Positions 45,051 to 54,638 of a stretch of 64,000 bases of DNA are shown here, piece by piece. The notes beneath the pieces were generated by a model. It was not told where the DNA came from. It made no database searches and saw nothing but the letters and a program-made list of their open reading frames with translations. The stretch lies in assembly GCA_963668175.1 (NCBI GenBank), contig OY764159.1, positions 3,072,001 to 3,136,000 on the forward strand, written 5' to 3'. The DNA comes from Syntrophales bacterium (GTDB lineage Bacteria > Desulfobacterota > Syntrophia > Syntrophales > PHBD01). Position numbers and translations under genes: made by a program. Each line of letters starts with the position of its first letter. Position 1 is the first letter of the stretch.

Positions 45051-46676
45051 ATGTCTGAAGAAGCATCAGGAAAAGGGATCAGCAGGCGCGGCTTCATCAA
45101 GGCGACGGCGGCCGGCGCAGGTGCCGTGGCGGCCATGGGCCTGGGAGCGACACATGCGGAAGCGAAAATCAACGTCCCGAAGAAATGGGACCGGGAAGCG
45201 GACGTCGTCATTGTAGGATACGGCGGAGCCGGGGCCTGCGCCGCCATCGAGGCCCATGACGCAGGAGCCAAAGTGCTCATCCTGGAAAAATTGAAGGAAA
45301 GCGGAGGCAATACGGGTGTATCCGGCGGCGGCATCCTTTCGCCGGACAACGCGGAAGACGCTTACACCTATATCAGCGGCCTTTACGAATTCTCCCATTC
45401 GGACATGGACAAAGACCTGGTCAGGCTTTACGCCGACGAGTCCGTCAAAAATATCGAATGGGTCAAGTCCCTCAAACCGGGAACAGAATCCCTCATCTAC
45501 GGCGGCGCGGGATATCCCAAGGTGCCCGGCGCCAAATCGATGAAAAAGCACCAGATCGCCGGCGAAGGAAAAGGTTTGCAGGGCAGCTCGAAAAACCTCT
45601 GGAACCTCTTCGTCTATGCCGTCGAGGAAAAACGTAAGATCACCGTGCTTATGGAAACTCCCGCCCAGGAACTCGTCATGAACGCGAACGGCGAAATCGT
45701 CGGCGTCATCGCCAGCGAGAAAGGCAAGAAGATCGCCGTCCGGGCGAAGCGGGCCGTCATCATGACGCTGGGCGGCTACGAGTTTAACACGCAGGACCTC
45801 CAGAACTCCGTCAAGGGCTATCCCATTTATGCCCTGGGCAGCCCCGGCAACACGGGCGACGGCATCCGAATGGCCCAGAAGGTCGGCGCCGGCCTCTGGC
45901 ACATGAACGGTACGTCCTGCCCCCTGGGCATCAAGACGAAAGAGTTCGAGGCGGCCTTCCCCGCCGTGATCGGCACGCCGCGCCACATCATGGTGGACAA
46001 GCACGGCAGCCGTTTCGTCAACGAAAAGGCCGTGGAACTGCATGCGGGGCTCCTCGCGGTGGACCATTTCGACACCCACGCGCTGGAATATCCGCGGATA
46101 CCCTCCTACATCATCTTCGACGAAGTCGCCCGCAAGTCCGGCCCCATCACGGTCCTCGCCGGTATGGGCCATGCGGGCCGGCGGTACAAATGGAGCGGCG
46201 ACAACAGCAGGGAAATCGAAAAGGGCTGGATCCTGAAAGGAGACACGCTGGCGGAACTTGCCGGAAAAATCAAGACGATGAACAAGGAAACGCTGGAGAA
46301 GACGGTAGCCAAATGGAACGAGGACATCGCCAAGGGCGGCGATACGCTCTTCCACCGGCCGATCCGTTCGGGCGACCCGTCGAGTCCCGCCTATAAGGAA
46401 CTGGCCACGGCCCTCTGGTCGGCGCCGATCGACACGCCGCCGTTTTATGCCGTCGAACTTCATCCCGCGCTGCTCAACACCCAGGGCGGACCGAAACGCA
46501 ACACGCGGTCTCAGATGCTCGACGCCTTCGGAAAGCCGATTCCGCGGCTGTACTGCGCCGGAGAGTTCGGCTCCATGTGGGGCATTATTTATCAAGGTGC
46601 GGGTAACATCGGCGAATGCGTCGTTTTCGGCCGGATTGCCGGAAAGAACGCCGCCGCCGAGAAGCCCTGGAAATGA
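45051..46676 (+). CDS. Tat-exported FAD-dependent oxidoreductase (flavocytochrome c / fumarate reductase flavoprotein family)
   Basis: SRRGFIK Tat motif, DVVIVGYGGAG, GGNTGVSGG, GNTGDGIRMA, RFVNE, IPRLYCAGE, FGRIAG. Confidence 0.9.
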   Translation: MSEEASGKGISRRGFIKATAAGAGAVAAMGLGATHAEAKINVPKKWDREADVVIVGYGGAGACAAIEAHDAGAKVLILEKLKESGGNTGVSGGGILSPDNAEDAYTYISGLYEFSHSDMDKDLVRLYADESVKNIEWVKSLKPGTESLIYGGAGYPKVPGAKSMKKHQIAGEGKGLQGSSKNLWNLFVYAVEEKRKITVLMETPAQELVMNANGEIVGVIASEKGKKIAVRAKRAVIMTLGGYEFNTQDLQNSVKGYPIYALGSPGNTGDGIRMAQKVGAGLWHMNGTSCPLGIKTKEFEAAFPAVIGTPRHIMVDKHGSRFVNEKAVELHAGLLAVDHFDTHALEYPRIPSYIIFDEVARKSGPITVLAGMGHAGRRYKWSGDNSREIEKGWILKGDTLAELAGKIKTMNKETLEKTVAKWNEDIAKGGDTLFHRPIRSGDPSSPAYKELATALWSAPIDTPPFYAVELHPALLNTQGGPKRNTRSQMLDAFGKPIPRLYCAGEFGSMWGIIYQGAGNIGECVVFGRIAGKNAAAEKPWK

Positions 46677-46700
46677 AAGTGACCCGTTTATGACTGAAAA

Positions 46701-46744
46701 CGGGGGACCGGTCCCATTGCGGGCCCGGTCCCCCGCCTGTTTTT
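46701..46744 (+). terminator. Strong intergenic hairpin (terminator or stability element)
   Basis: 11-bp stem CGGGGGACCGG/CCGGTCCCCCG followed by CCTGTTTTT. Confidence 0.6.
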
Positions 46745-46763
46745 CCTTAAGGAGTATTTGGAT

Positions 46764-47144
46764 ATGAAAATGGAACATCCCCGATTCCGGAAGGCCGGCA
46801 TGGTCCTGGCAGCCGCTTGTGTTCTCCTGTTGACTGTCTTCTGGCAGGGTTCGTCTTACGGCGGTCCCGAAGAGAAAAAATTTCTCGCCGACCGGCACCA
46901 GGCCAAGGGCATTGCCTGCGCCTCCTGCCACAAGGAAAACCCGCCCAAGGCGGCGGTGCCCATGGCGGTCTGCCTCGGCTGCCACGGCTCGTACGAAAAA
47001 GTGGCCTCCAGAACGCTCAAGGCCTCGCCCAATCCCCACGCGTCCCATATGGGCGAACTGGCGTGCGAGAACTGCCACCACGCCCACAAGGCGTCGGCAA
47101 GCCAGTGCAATACGTGTCACGAGTTCAACATGAAGATGCGTTGA
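46764..47144 (+). CDS. Small periplasmic tetraheme cytochrome c
   Basis: Signal peptide; CASCH, CLGCH, CENCH, CNTCH; NPHASH. Confidence 0.92.
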   Translation: MKMEHPRFRKAGMVLAAACVLLLTVFWQGSSYGGPEEKKFLADRHQAKGIACASCHKENPPKAAVPMAVCLGCHGSYEKVASRTLKASPNPHASHMGELACENCHHAHKASASQCNTCHEFNMKMR

Positions 47145-47192
47145 TGCATGCCCCGCGTTTTTTGAACATAAAATCCTTTCGGGAAGGGAAGG

Positions 47193-47642
47193 ATGGATAA
47201 GATCGATTACCGGCGACTGACCTCGCCCTGCGGCCTGGACTGCTTCAATTGCCGGGCGTATCTCGCCTGCGGGGACCCGGACCTCCGGGCGGATATATCC
47301 TCCCGGCTCGGTTTGCCCGCCGATAAGGCCAAATGCGAAGGATGCCGGAATGCCGGCGGGGTCATCGCATTCCAGGGTGACTGCGAACCCTGCGCCGTTT
47401 TTCGCTGCACGGCGGACAAGAGGATTTCCTTCTGCTTCGAATGCGGCGACTTTCCCTGCGACCTGCTGCATCCTTACGCCGACCAGGCGTCCGTCCGCCC
47501 CCACAACACCAAACTCTTCAACCTCTGTCTGATCAGGAAGATGGGAATCGACCGGTGGGCGGCGGAAAAGGCGCGGGCGGTAAGGGAAACCTATTTCCTG
47601 GGCAGGCTCCGCGTCCACGCCGCCGACAAGGAGAAGCCTTAG
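47193..47642 (+). CDS. DUF3795 Cys-rich protein
   Basis: SPCGLDCFNC...CEGCR...C.VF.C...FCFECGDFPC. Confidence 0.8.
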   Translation: MDKIDYRRLTSPCGLDCFNCRAYLACGDPDLRADISSRLGLPADKAKCEGCRNAGGVIAFQGDCEPCAVFRCTADKRISFCFECGDFPCDLLHPYADQASVRPHNTKLFNLCLIRKMGIDRWAAEKARAVRETYFLGRLRVHAADKEKP

Positions 47643-47871
47643 GGAAACGCCCCGGCACCCGAGCTTGCGCGTGAATTCACGTCCCGCCTGGAAAGAATCT
47701 CTTACAATTTGAATATGTATGCATAACAGATAGATATATTTCACATAAATGCCGACATCCCGCCCGGAGGCATGCAAGACGGCCCAGGAAGGGGGGTAGG
47801 CTGCCGCCGGAAAAGTTCATCTGAAAAACCCCGGATGCAATAATTTAAAAAGAGGCGTATACTCGGTACCA

Positions 47872-49344
47872 ATGAGCAATCGGCAGGCGGACATGAGGGA
47901 CGAAGACAAGACCAGAGAAGAGCTCGTCCGGGAAATGGCGGAAATGCGCCGTTACATCGCCGGACTGGAAAAGACGGATGCCGATCACAGAAAAGCGGCT
48001 GAGGCGCTGATTGAATCGGAATGGAAATTCTCGGCCGCCTTCCGGTACAGCCCTGTCTCCATCGCCATGACGGCACCCTTCTCGGGCCGAATCATCGATG
48101 TCAACGACACTTTCCTCCAAGATATGGAATATACGAGGGAAGAGGTCATCGGTCGCACAACGATCGAACTGGGCATTTTCGCAGACATCGAAGACCGCTC
48201 CCGCCTCATCGACGAACTGAAGGCACAGAAATTCGTCTTCGGCTATGAGTGCCGCTTCCGGACGAAATCGGGCCGTATCCGCACAAGCATCTTGTCCATT
48301 ACGTTTTTACCGGTCAAAGGCGAAATCGTCCAGCTTTCCATCGGCATCGATATCACCGAACGCAAGCTGATGGAGGAGGCCCTCCGGGAGAGCGAAGAGA
48401 AATACCGGACGGTCGTGGAAAAAGCCAACGAGGCCATCGTCATCGCCCAGGACGGGAAACTGGCCTATGTGAACCCCAAGCTCGCCGCCGTTATGGGAGT
48501 CACCATTGAAGAACTCACCGGCATGCCCTTTGTGGAACTCATCCACCCGGACGACCGGGCCATGGTGATGGACTGCTACCGGCGGAGGCTCGACGGCGAG
48601 GATGTTCCCGATTGTTACGAATTCAGGGTAATGGGCAGGGAACACGAGCTCATCTGGTTTTATATTTCCGCCCAGAAAATCCTGTGGAACGGCAGGCCGG
48701 CGACGCTCAACCTGCTCACGGACATCACGGAACGGAAACGGGCGGAAGAGGCGCTCCGGGAGAGCGAAACGATGTTCCGAAACCTCTTCGAACAGCATGC
48801 CGCCATCAAGTTCATCATCGACCCGGACGACGGTTCCATCGTCGATGCCAACGCCCGGGCAGCGGAATTCTACGGCTGGACGCGGGACCAGTTCCGCCGG
48901 ATGAAGATTCAGGACATCAATATCCTGTCGCCCGAAGAAGTAAAACGGGAAATGGAAAACGCCAGGTCCAACAAACGCATTCATTTCGATTTCCGTCACA
49001 GGCTTGCGGATGGTTCCATCCGGGACGTGGAAGTCTACAGCAGCATGATCGATGCCAAGGGGAAAGCGCTCCTGCACTCCATCATTCACGACGTCACCGA
49101 GCGCAAGCGCCTGGAGAAAGAGCGGGAGGGGCTCATTGAGAGCCTCCGGAAGGCCCTTTCGGAAATCAAGCAATTGAGCGGGCTCCTGCCGATCTGCTCC
49201 TCCTGCAAGAAGATCCGCAACGACGAAGGGTATTGGGAACAACTGGAAATATACATCAAGAACCACTCGGACGCGGACTTCAGTCACGGCATATGCCCGG
49301 AATGCGTGGCCAGACTGTATCCCGACCTGAAAAAAGATCCGTGA
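47872..49344 (+). CDS. Multi-PAS sensor protein with C-terminal Cys/His zinc-finger-like domain and no kinase domain
   Basis: Three PAS/PAC units; LLPICSSCKKIRNDEGYW...FSHGICPEC. Confidence 0.85.
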   Translation: MSNRQADMRDEDKTREELVREMAEMRRYIAGLEKTDADHRKAAEALIESEWKFSAAFRYSPVSIAMTAPFSGRIIDVNDTFLQDMEYTREEVIGRTTIELGIFADIEDRSRLIDELKAQKFVFGYECRFRTKSGRIRTSILSITFLPVKGEIVQLSIGIDITERKLMEEALRESEEKYRTVVEKANEAIVIAQDGKLAYVNPKLAAVMGVTIEELTGMPFVELIHPDDRAMVMDCYRRRLDGEDVPDCYEFRVMGREHELIWFYISAQKILWNGRPATLNLLTDITERKRAEEALRESETMFRNLFEQHAAIKFIIDPDDGSIVDANARAAEFYGWTRDQFRRMKIQDINILSPEEVKREMENARSNKRIHFDFRHRLADGSIRDVEVYSSMIDAKGKALLHSIIHDVTERKRLEKEREGLIESLRKALSEIKQLSGLLPICSSCKKIRNDEGYWEQLEIYIKNHSDADFSHGICPECVARLYPDLKKDP

Positions 49345-50606
49345 AGAAAACGTCTTCGGTACGGCCTATGATGACCCGGCGCACATTTTTACGGACATTG
49401 GCAAGGGTCGCCCCGGTTCTCGGCGGCGCGGGATTGATTCTTTCCGGTCCCTTCCGGAATTATCCCTGGCCTGTCGGACCCGAAGTCGCCTGGGGGGGCA
49501 CCGCCGCGGCCGACCTGCTCCGTTCGGCCCCGATGGCGCGATACTGGACATCCGCCGACTCGCCCGATGCCGATTGCCGTGCCTGCCATACCGATGCCGG
49601 CCGGATCAGAGGCCGGAAATACGTCCATAAGGACAGGATTGTCAAATGCCTCCTCTGCGCGCAGGCCTGTGTGATCGCCGAAGGCCGGCGGGGGAAGTGC
49701 CGCGTGCGGGTGAATGTCGGCGGCGAACTTAAAACGCTTTCTTACGGCCGCCCCGTCTCCATCCATACCGACCCGATCGAGAAGAAGCCCCTCTTCCATT
49801 ACCTGCCGGGATCGGAAGCCTTTTCACTCGCCACGGCAGGATGCCCCCTGCGCTGCAAATTCTGCCAGAACTGGCAGATATCCCAGGCCTCCCCCGAAGA
49901 CTTCGATACGCCCCTCACGCCGCCGTCCGGCATCGTCGGCTCCGCCCGGTCCGAAAAGGCGCCCGTCATCGCCTTTACATACAACGAGCCCACGGTCTTT
50001 ACCGAATACCTGACGGATATCGCCCGGGATGCCGGAAAACACGCCATCCGTTCCGTCCTGATCAGCTGCGGCTTCATGAACGAGGCGCCCCTTGCGGAAA
50101 TGTGCCGGGTGCTCGACGCCATCAAGATCGATCTCAAGGGCTTCAGCGAGGATTTTTACCGCAATGCCTGCGGGGCCGAACTCAAGCCCGTCCTCCGCAG
50201 CATCAAGCAGATCGCCAAAAGCCGCGTCCACCTGGAAATCGTCAACCTCGTCGTCCCGACGCTGAACGATTCGGACCGGATGATTTCCGGGCTCGTCGAT
50301 TGGGTCCTGGGCGAAGTCGGGCCCGACATCCCCGTTCATTTCACCCGCTTCCATCCGGACTATCAGCTCCTGAATCTCCCGCCCACGCCCGTCGCAACAC
50401 TTTCGAACGCCCGCGACCTGGCCCTCGCCAGGGGCATGCACTATCCCTACGTGGGGAACGTGCCGGGTCATCCCGGGAACCACACTTACTGCCCGAGCTG
50501 TAAAAAGATCGTGATCGAGCGCCAGGGGTTCTTCGTCACGGCGATGAACGTCAAGGACGGGCGCTGTAAATTCTGCCGGCGTAAAATCGCCGGCGTCTGG
50601 GCTTAG
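49341..50606 (+). CDS. amrS: AmmeMemoRadiSam system radical SAM enzyme with Tat-like signal peptide
   Basis: DPIEKKPLFHYLPG, GCPLRCKFCQNWQISQ, AFTYNEP, HFTRFHPDY, YVGNVPG, TYCPSC; TRRTFL; start 49341 (GTG) or 49368. Confidence 0.92.
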   Translation: MKKTSSVRPMMTRRTFLRTLARVAPVLGGAGLILSGPFRNYPWPVGPEVAWGGTAAADLLRSAPMARYWTSADSPDADCRACHTDAGRIRGRKYVHKDRIVKCLLCAQACVIAEGRRGKCRVRVNVGGELKTLSYGRPVSIHTDPIEKKPLFHYLPGSEAFSLATAGCPLRCKFCQNWQISQASPEDFDTPLTPPSGIVGSARSEKAPVIAFTYNEPTVFTEYLTDIARDAGKHAIRSVLISCGFMNEAPLAEMCRVLDAIKIDLKGFSEDFYRNACGAELKPVLRSIKQIAKSRVHLEIVNLVVPTLNDSDRMISGLVDWVLGEVGPDIPVHFTRFHPDYQLLNLPPTPVATLSNARDLALARGMHYPYVGNVPGHPGNHTYCPSCKKIVIERQGFFVTAMNVKDGRCKFCRRKIAGVWA

Positions 50607-50618
50607 AAGGAGGATGCC

Positions 50619-52157
50619 ATGAAGACCATGCAATGGAGTCTGACGCTTTTGGCTGTCAGCCTTTGTTTCGCCGTGGCCTGCCGGGCCGACAAAACGAAGG
50701 ACGCATCCATCCGTGATCCGGTGGTCGCCGGCAAGTTCTATTCCGCCACCGCCGCCAAGCTTAGACTGGGCATCGAGAAATTCATGCAGGACGCCCTGCC
50801 CGCTAGGGTTGGAAATCCCGTCGCCATCGTTGTGCCCCACGCAGGCTATATCTATTCCGGCCAGATCTGCGCCGACGGGTTCCGCCAGGCGGCGAACGGC
50901 AAATACGATACCGTCGTCATCCTCGGAACGAATCATACGAACGGCTCATTCCGGAAGGTCTCCCTCTATCCGGGCGGCGGTTTCCGCACCCCCCTGGGGG
51001 ACGTGCCGGTGGACAGGGACATTGTTGCCGCCCTGATCGCGGCGGCTCCCGAGGATTGCGTTTCCGACAAATCGCTCCATGCATCGGAGCATTCCGTCGA
51101 GGTCATGGTGCCCTTTATCCAGGTCGTTTTTCCCAAGGCGAAGATCGTGCCCGCCGTTGTCGGGTCGTCCGATCCGGAAATCACGGCCCGCTTCGGCCGG
51201 GCCCTGGCCAAAGTTTTAAAGAACAAACGGGCTCTGATCGTTGCCAGTTCCGATCTTTCCCACTATCCGGCGGCGGACGCCGCCGCCGTTGTCGACCGCG
51301 AGACGCTGGCGGCCATAGCCGGATTCGACCCCGCCGCCTTCCGGAAGGTCGCCGGGGCACGACCGGCCAAGGCCGTTTCCGAACTCCACACGCGGGCCTG
51401 CGGCGAAGCCCCGATCCTCGCCGCCATGGAAGCCGCACGCGCCCTGGGCGCCGTTCGCGGCGAGGTGATCAGTTATGCCCATTCGGGAGATGTATCCGTC
51501 GGCGACCGCTCGCGGGTGGTCGGTTACGGCGCCGTCGCTTTTACAGCAGAAGCGAAAGGCAAAGACGGCGCAACGGCAGCAGTACCCGCGCCAGTCGCCT
51601 CATCCTCCCCTCTCCGGCCTGAGGACAAGAAAGCACTTCTGGCTTTTTCCCGGGAAACCCTGTCCCGCATCTTCCTTACGGACACGGTGCCCCTGGCGAG
51701 GGGCTTTACTCCTAACTTACGGGAAACGCGGGGCGTTTTCGTGACCCTCAAGAAGAAGGGAGAACTGCGGGGCTGTATCGGCCGCATCGTCGGCGACGGC
51801 CCCCTGGACGAACTGGTCGGCACCATGACGCTCCAGTCGGCCTTCAGCGACAGTCGCTTCGATCCGCTTGCCCCGGCGGAACTTAAGGAAATCGAGATCG
51901 AAATCTCCGTTCTGACGCCCCTCATGGAAGTGTCTTCTCCCGCCGCCATCGTCGCCGGCCGTGACGGCGTTCTGCTCATCAAAGGGCGCCATTCCGCGGT
52001 CTTCCTGCCGCAGGTGGCAACGGAACAGGGATGGAACAGGGAAGTAATGCTCGACCACCTCTGCCGCAAGGCCGGGCTTCCGCCGGGAAGCTGGAAGGAG
52101 GGGGCGCGCTTGCAGGTTTTTCAGGCGGATGTGTTCGGCGAATCGGATTTCAGATAA
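50619..52157 (+). CDS. amrB: Fused AmmeMemoRadiSam protein B (MEMO) - protein A (AMMECR1) with signal peptide
   Basis: R.PVVAGKFY, VPHAGYIYSG, EHSVEV, ASSDLSHY, VVGYGA; then GVFVTL....LRGCIG, DSRF, EISVL, FLPQVA, KAGL. Confidence 0.92.
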   Translation: MKTMQWSLTLLAVSLCFAVACRADKTKDASIRDPVVAGKFYSATAAKLRLGIEKFMQDALPARVGNPVAIVVPHAGYIYSGQICADGFRQAANGKYDTVVILGTNHTNGSFRKVSLYPGGGFRTPLGDVPVDRDIVAALIAAAPEDCVSDKSLHASEHSVEVMVPFIQVVFPKAKIVPAVVGSSDPEITARFGRALAKVLKNKRALIVASSDLSHYPAADAAAVVDRETLAAIAGFDPAAFRKVAGARPAKAVSELHTRACGEAPILAAMEAARALGAVRGEVISYAHSGDVSVGDRSRVVGYGAVAFTAEAKGKDGATAAVPAPVASSSPLRPEDKKALLAFSRETLSRIFLTDTVPLARGFTPNLRETRGVFVTLKKKGELRGCIGRIVGDGPLDELVGTMTLQSAFSDSRFDPLAPAELKEIEIEISVLTPLMEVSSPAAIVAGRDGVLLIKGRHSAVFLPQVATEQGWNREVMLDHLCRKAGLPPGSWKEGARLQVFQADVFGESDFR

Positions 52158-52300
52158 CCGGGACGAAGAAAAGGCCTTCGGGCTTGAGTTGTGCGGCAGG
52201 CCCGGTGCCTGACCGTTCGCCGCCATCCGCCTCCTTATACTATCCCTGCGGAAGCCGTCACCGGTTCCCGGGGTGTCCTCATGAAAATATGCGATAGACC

Positions 52301-54487
52301 ATGACGGTACCTCTTCTCTCCATCGGACTGATTTCGATCCTGGCCCAGGTCGTCATACTCCGGGAATTGAACGTCGCCCTCTACGGGATTGAGCTCGTCT
52401 ACCTTTTCGCGCTGGGCCTCTGGCTGCTCTGGACGGCGGCGGGGGCCGTGGCCGGCGGCTTTGTCCGCTCCCCGTCCCGACGGGATATGGCGGCCTTCTT
52501 CATCCTCTTCGGACTGATTCTTCCCGGCGATATCGTCTTCATCCGGGGCAGCCGTCTTCTTTTCGGCGGTATGTCCGGAACCTACCTGTCCTTTTTCCAG
52601 CAGCTCACCGTGGCCGCTCTCTCGCTTCTGCCGGCGGGCTTCCTGTCCGGCGTGCTTTTCCAATGGACGGCCAGGGCCTATATCGAACCTAACCGGACGC
52701 TGGCCGCCGCCTATGCCGTCGAGAGCGCCGGTGGACTCATCGGCGGCCTTTTGTCGACCCTCTTTCTATACGTCGGTCTCGCGAACCTCGGCATCGCCCT
52801 GGTTTGCTCACTCGTTGCCGCTCTCACACCCCTGGCGTTGACAGCCAGACAGCCGTCCGTTCTCGGCAAGGCCAGGAAACCGGTATTCCTGAAGCTGGCG
52901 GCCATTCTCCTGGCCTGCGCCAGCCTTGCCCTCCTTTGGCAATCGCCCAACCTGGACCGCAGGCTGAACCGCTGGAACCACCCGGACCTCCTGGAAAGCA
53001 ACGATTCCCCCTACGGCCGGATCACCATGACCCGCCTCCAGGACCAGGTCTCGGTCTTCGAAAACGACGCCCTCGCCTTCGAAACGGAAGGGACCGAGGC
53101 CGAAGCCTTCTGCCATTTGGCGGCCCTCCAGCATCGGAACCCGCGGGAAATCCTCATCCTGGGGGGCGGCATCGAAGGGCTCGTCCGGGAGGCGCTGAAA
53201 CACCGGCCGCAACGGATCGACTATGTCGAACTGAATCCCGTACTCCTCGATCTCGTAACCCGCCACCTCCCCCAGGACATCGGAGCGTCCCTGAAGGCGC
53301 CCAACGTCAGGACCACGGTCGCCGATCCCCGGCGATACCTCCGGACAAGCGGCACCTACGACCTTATCCTCGTCGGCATGCCGGAGCCGGCGTCGGGCCA
53401 GGCCAACCGCTTTTACACGCGGGAGTTCTTCGTCCAATGCGCGGCAAAGCTGAAGCCGGGCGGCATCCTGGCCTTCCGTCTCCGCACGGCGGAGAACCTC
53501 TGGCCCCTGCCCCTCGTTCGCCGGAATGCAAGCATCTACCGCGCACTCCAGGCCGTCTTTCCCCATGTCCTCTTCCTGCCGGGAACGACGAACATCGTAA
53601 CCGCCTCGCGCGCGGCCCTGCCGGATGCGCCGGAGGTCATGTCCGGCCGCCTGCAGGAACGGAGAATCGCGACGCGGCTCGTATCGGCAAACTATATCCG
53701 GTATCTCTTCACCAACGACCGATTCGCCGCCATCCGGGACCTGCTTCAAAAGGGAACGGCGCCGCCCAACACGGACATAAGGCCCGTCTGCTACCAGTAC
53801 GCCTTCGTAATCTGGCTTTCCAAATTCTTCCCCGGCCTCACCCAGGCGGACCCGACCGCCATTATCGACAAGGGACTTTTTCATTCGCCCTTCGTGTGGT
53901 TTGCGGGATTGGCCCTTCCCGTTCTCTTTCTTCTCAGCCGCCTGCGGCCCGGCTTCCGCCGCCTCCTCCTTGTCGCGGTATCCGGTTTTCTCGGTATGGT
54001 CGCAGAGACGGTCCTCATTCTCTACTACCAGGTCAAATACGGGGTCCTCTACCGGGACATCGGCCTTCTCCTCATGAGCTTCATGGCGGGACTGGCCCTC
54101 GGGGCCCTGGCGATGAACCGCCTGATGGACCGGCCGTTCGGCGGACTCAAGAAGCCGCGCAGGTACGGCGCAGCGACGCTCGCCGGCTTCGCCCTCCTCT
54201 GCGCGTATCTGGCCTGGACCGTCTCCGGCAGTGCCGCCGCGGGACTGGTGCATACATCCATCTTGCTCTTTTCGGCAGGACTTTTCGTCGCGGCGATCTT
54301 CTCCTACGCGGCCCTCCATGAAATCGAAGACCAGACCCGGATCATCGGCCCGTTCTATGCCGCAGACCTCGCAGGCGGATGCATGGGCTCGCTCATGGCC
54401 AGCCTGGTCTTTATTCCATTGACCGGCATGGATACGTCGGCAATGGGAATGCTCTTTCTTGCCGTTCTTTCGGTATTGCTGATCTAG
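52301..54487 (+). CDS. Membrane protein with spermidine-synthase-like SAM-binding domain (fused MFS-like/SpeE family)
   Basis: N- and C-terminal TM bundles; DSPYG, ILILGGG, YVELNP, NRFYTREFF, LKPGG, YAADLAGG. Confidence 0.85.
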   Translation: MTVPLLSIGLISILAQVVILRELNVALYGIELVYLFALGLWLLWTAAGAVAGGFVRSPSRRDMAAFFILFGLILPGDIVFIRGSRLLFGGMSGTYLSFFQQLTVAALSLLPAGFLSGVLFQWTARAYIEPNRTLAAAYAVESAGGLIGGLLSTLFLYVGLANLGIALVCSLVAALTPLALTARQPSVLGKARKPVFLKLAAILLACASLALLWQSPNLDRRLNRWNHPDLLESNDSPYGRITMTRLQDQVSVFENDALAFETEGTEAEAFCHLAALQHRNPREILILGGGIEGLVREALKHRPQRIDYVELNPVLLDLVTRHLPQDIGASLKAPNVRTTVADPRRYLRTSGTYDLILVGMPEPASGQANRFYTREFFVQCAAKLKPGGILAFRLRTAENLWPLPLVRRNASIYRALQAVFPHVLFLPGTTNIVTASRAALPDAPEVMSGRLQERRIATRLVSANYIRYLFTNDRFAAIRDLLQKGTAPPNTDIRPVCYQYAFVIWLSKFFPGLTQADPTAIIDKGLFHSPFVWFAGLALPVLFLLSRLRPGFRRLLLVAVSGFLGMVAETVLILYYQVKYGVLYRDIGLLLMSFMAGLALGALAMNRLMDRPFGGLKKPRRYGAATLAGFALLCAYLAWTVSGSAAAGLVHTSILLFSAGLFVAAIFSYAALHEIEDQTRIIGPFYAADLAGGCMGSLMASLVFIPLTGMDTSAMGMLFLAVLSVLLI

Positions 54488-54638
54488 AGAGGCGCCGGGT
54501 CGAACCGCGCCCCTGACGCCGCCTTTAACCGGGTTTGATAATCGTTTGGCTTTCTTTCTTCCTCTTATCTGGTATGATGATTACAAGTACATTTACAATC
54601 CGGACGGGGACTTTTCTTTTGGCGGAGAACGGAAGACC

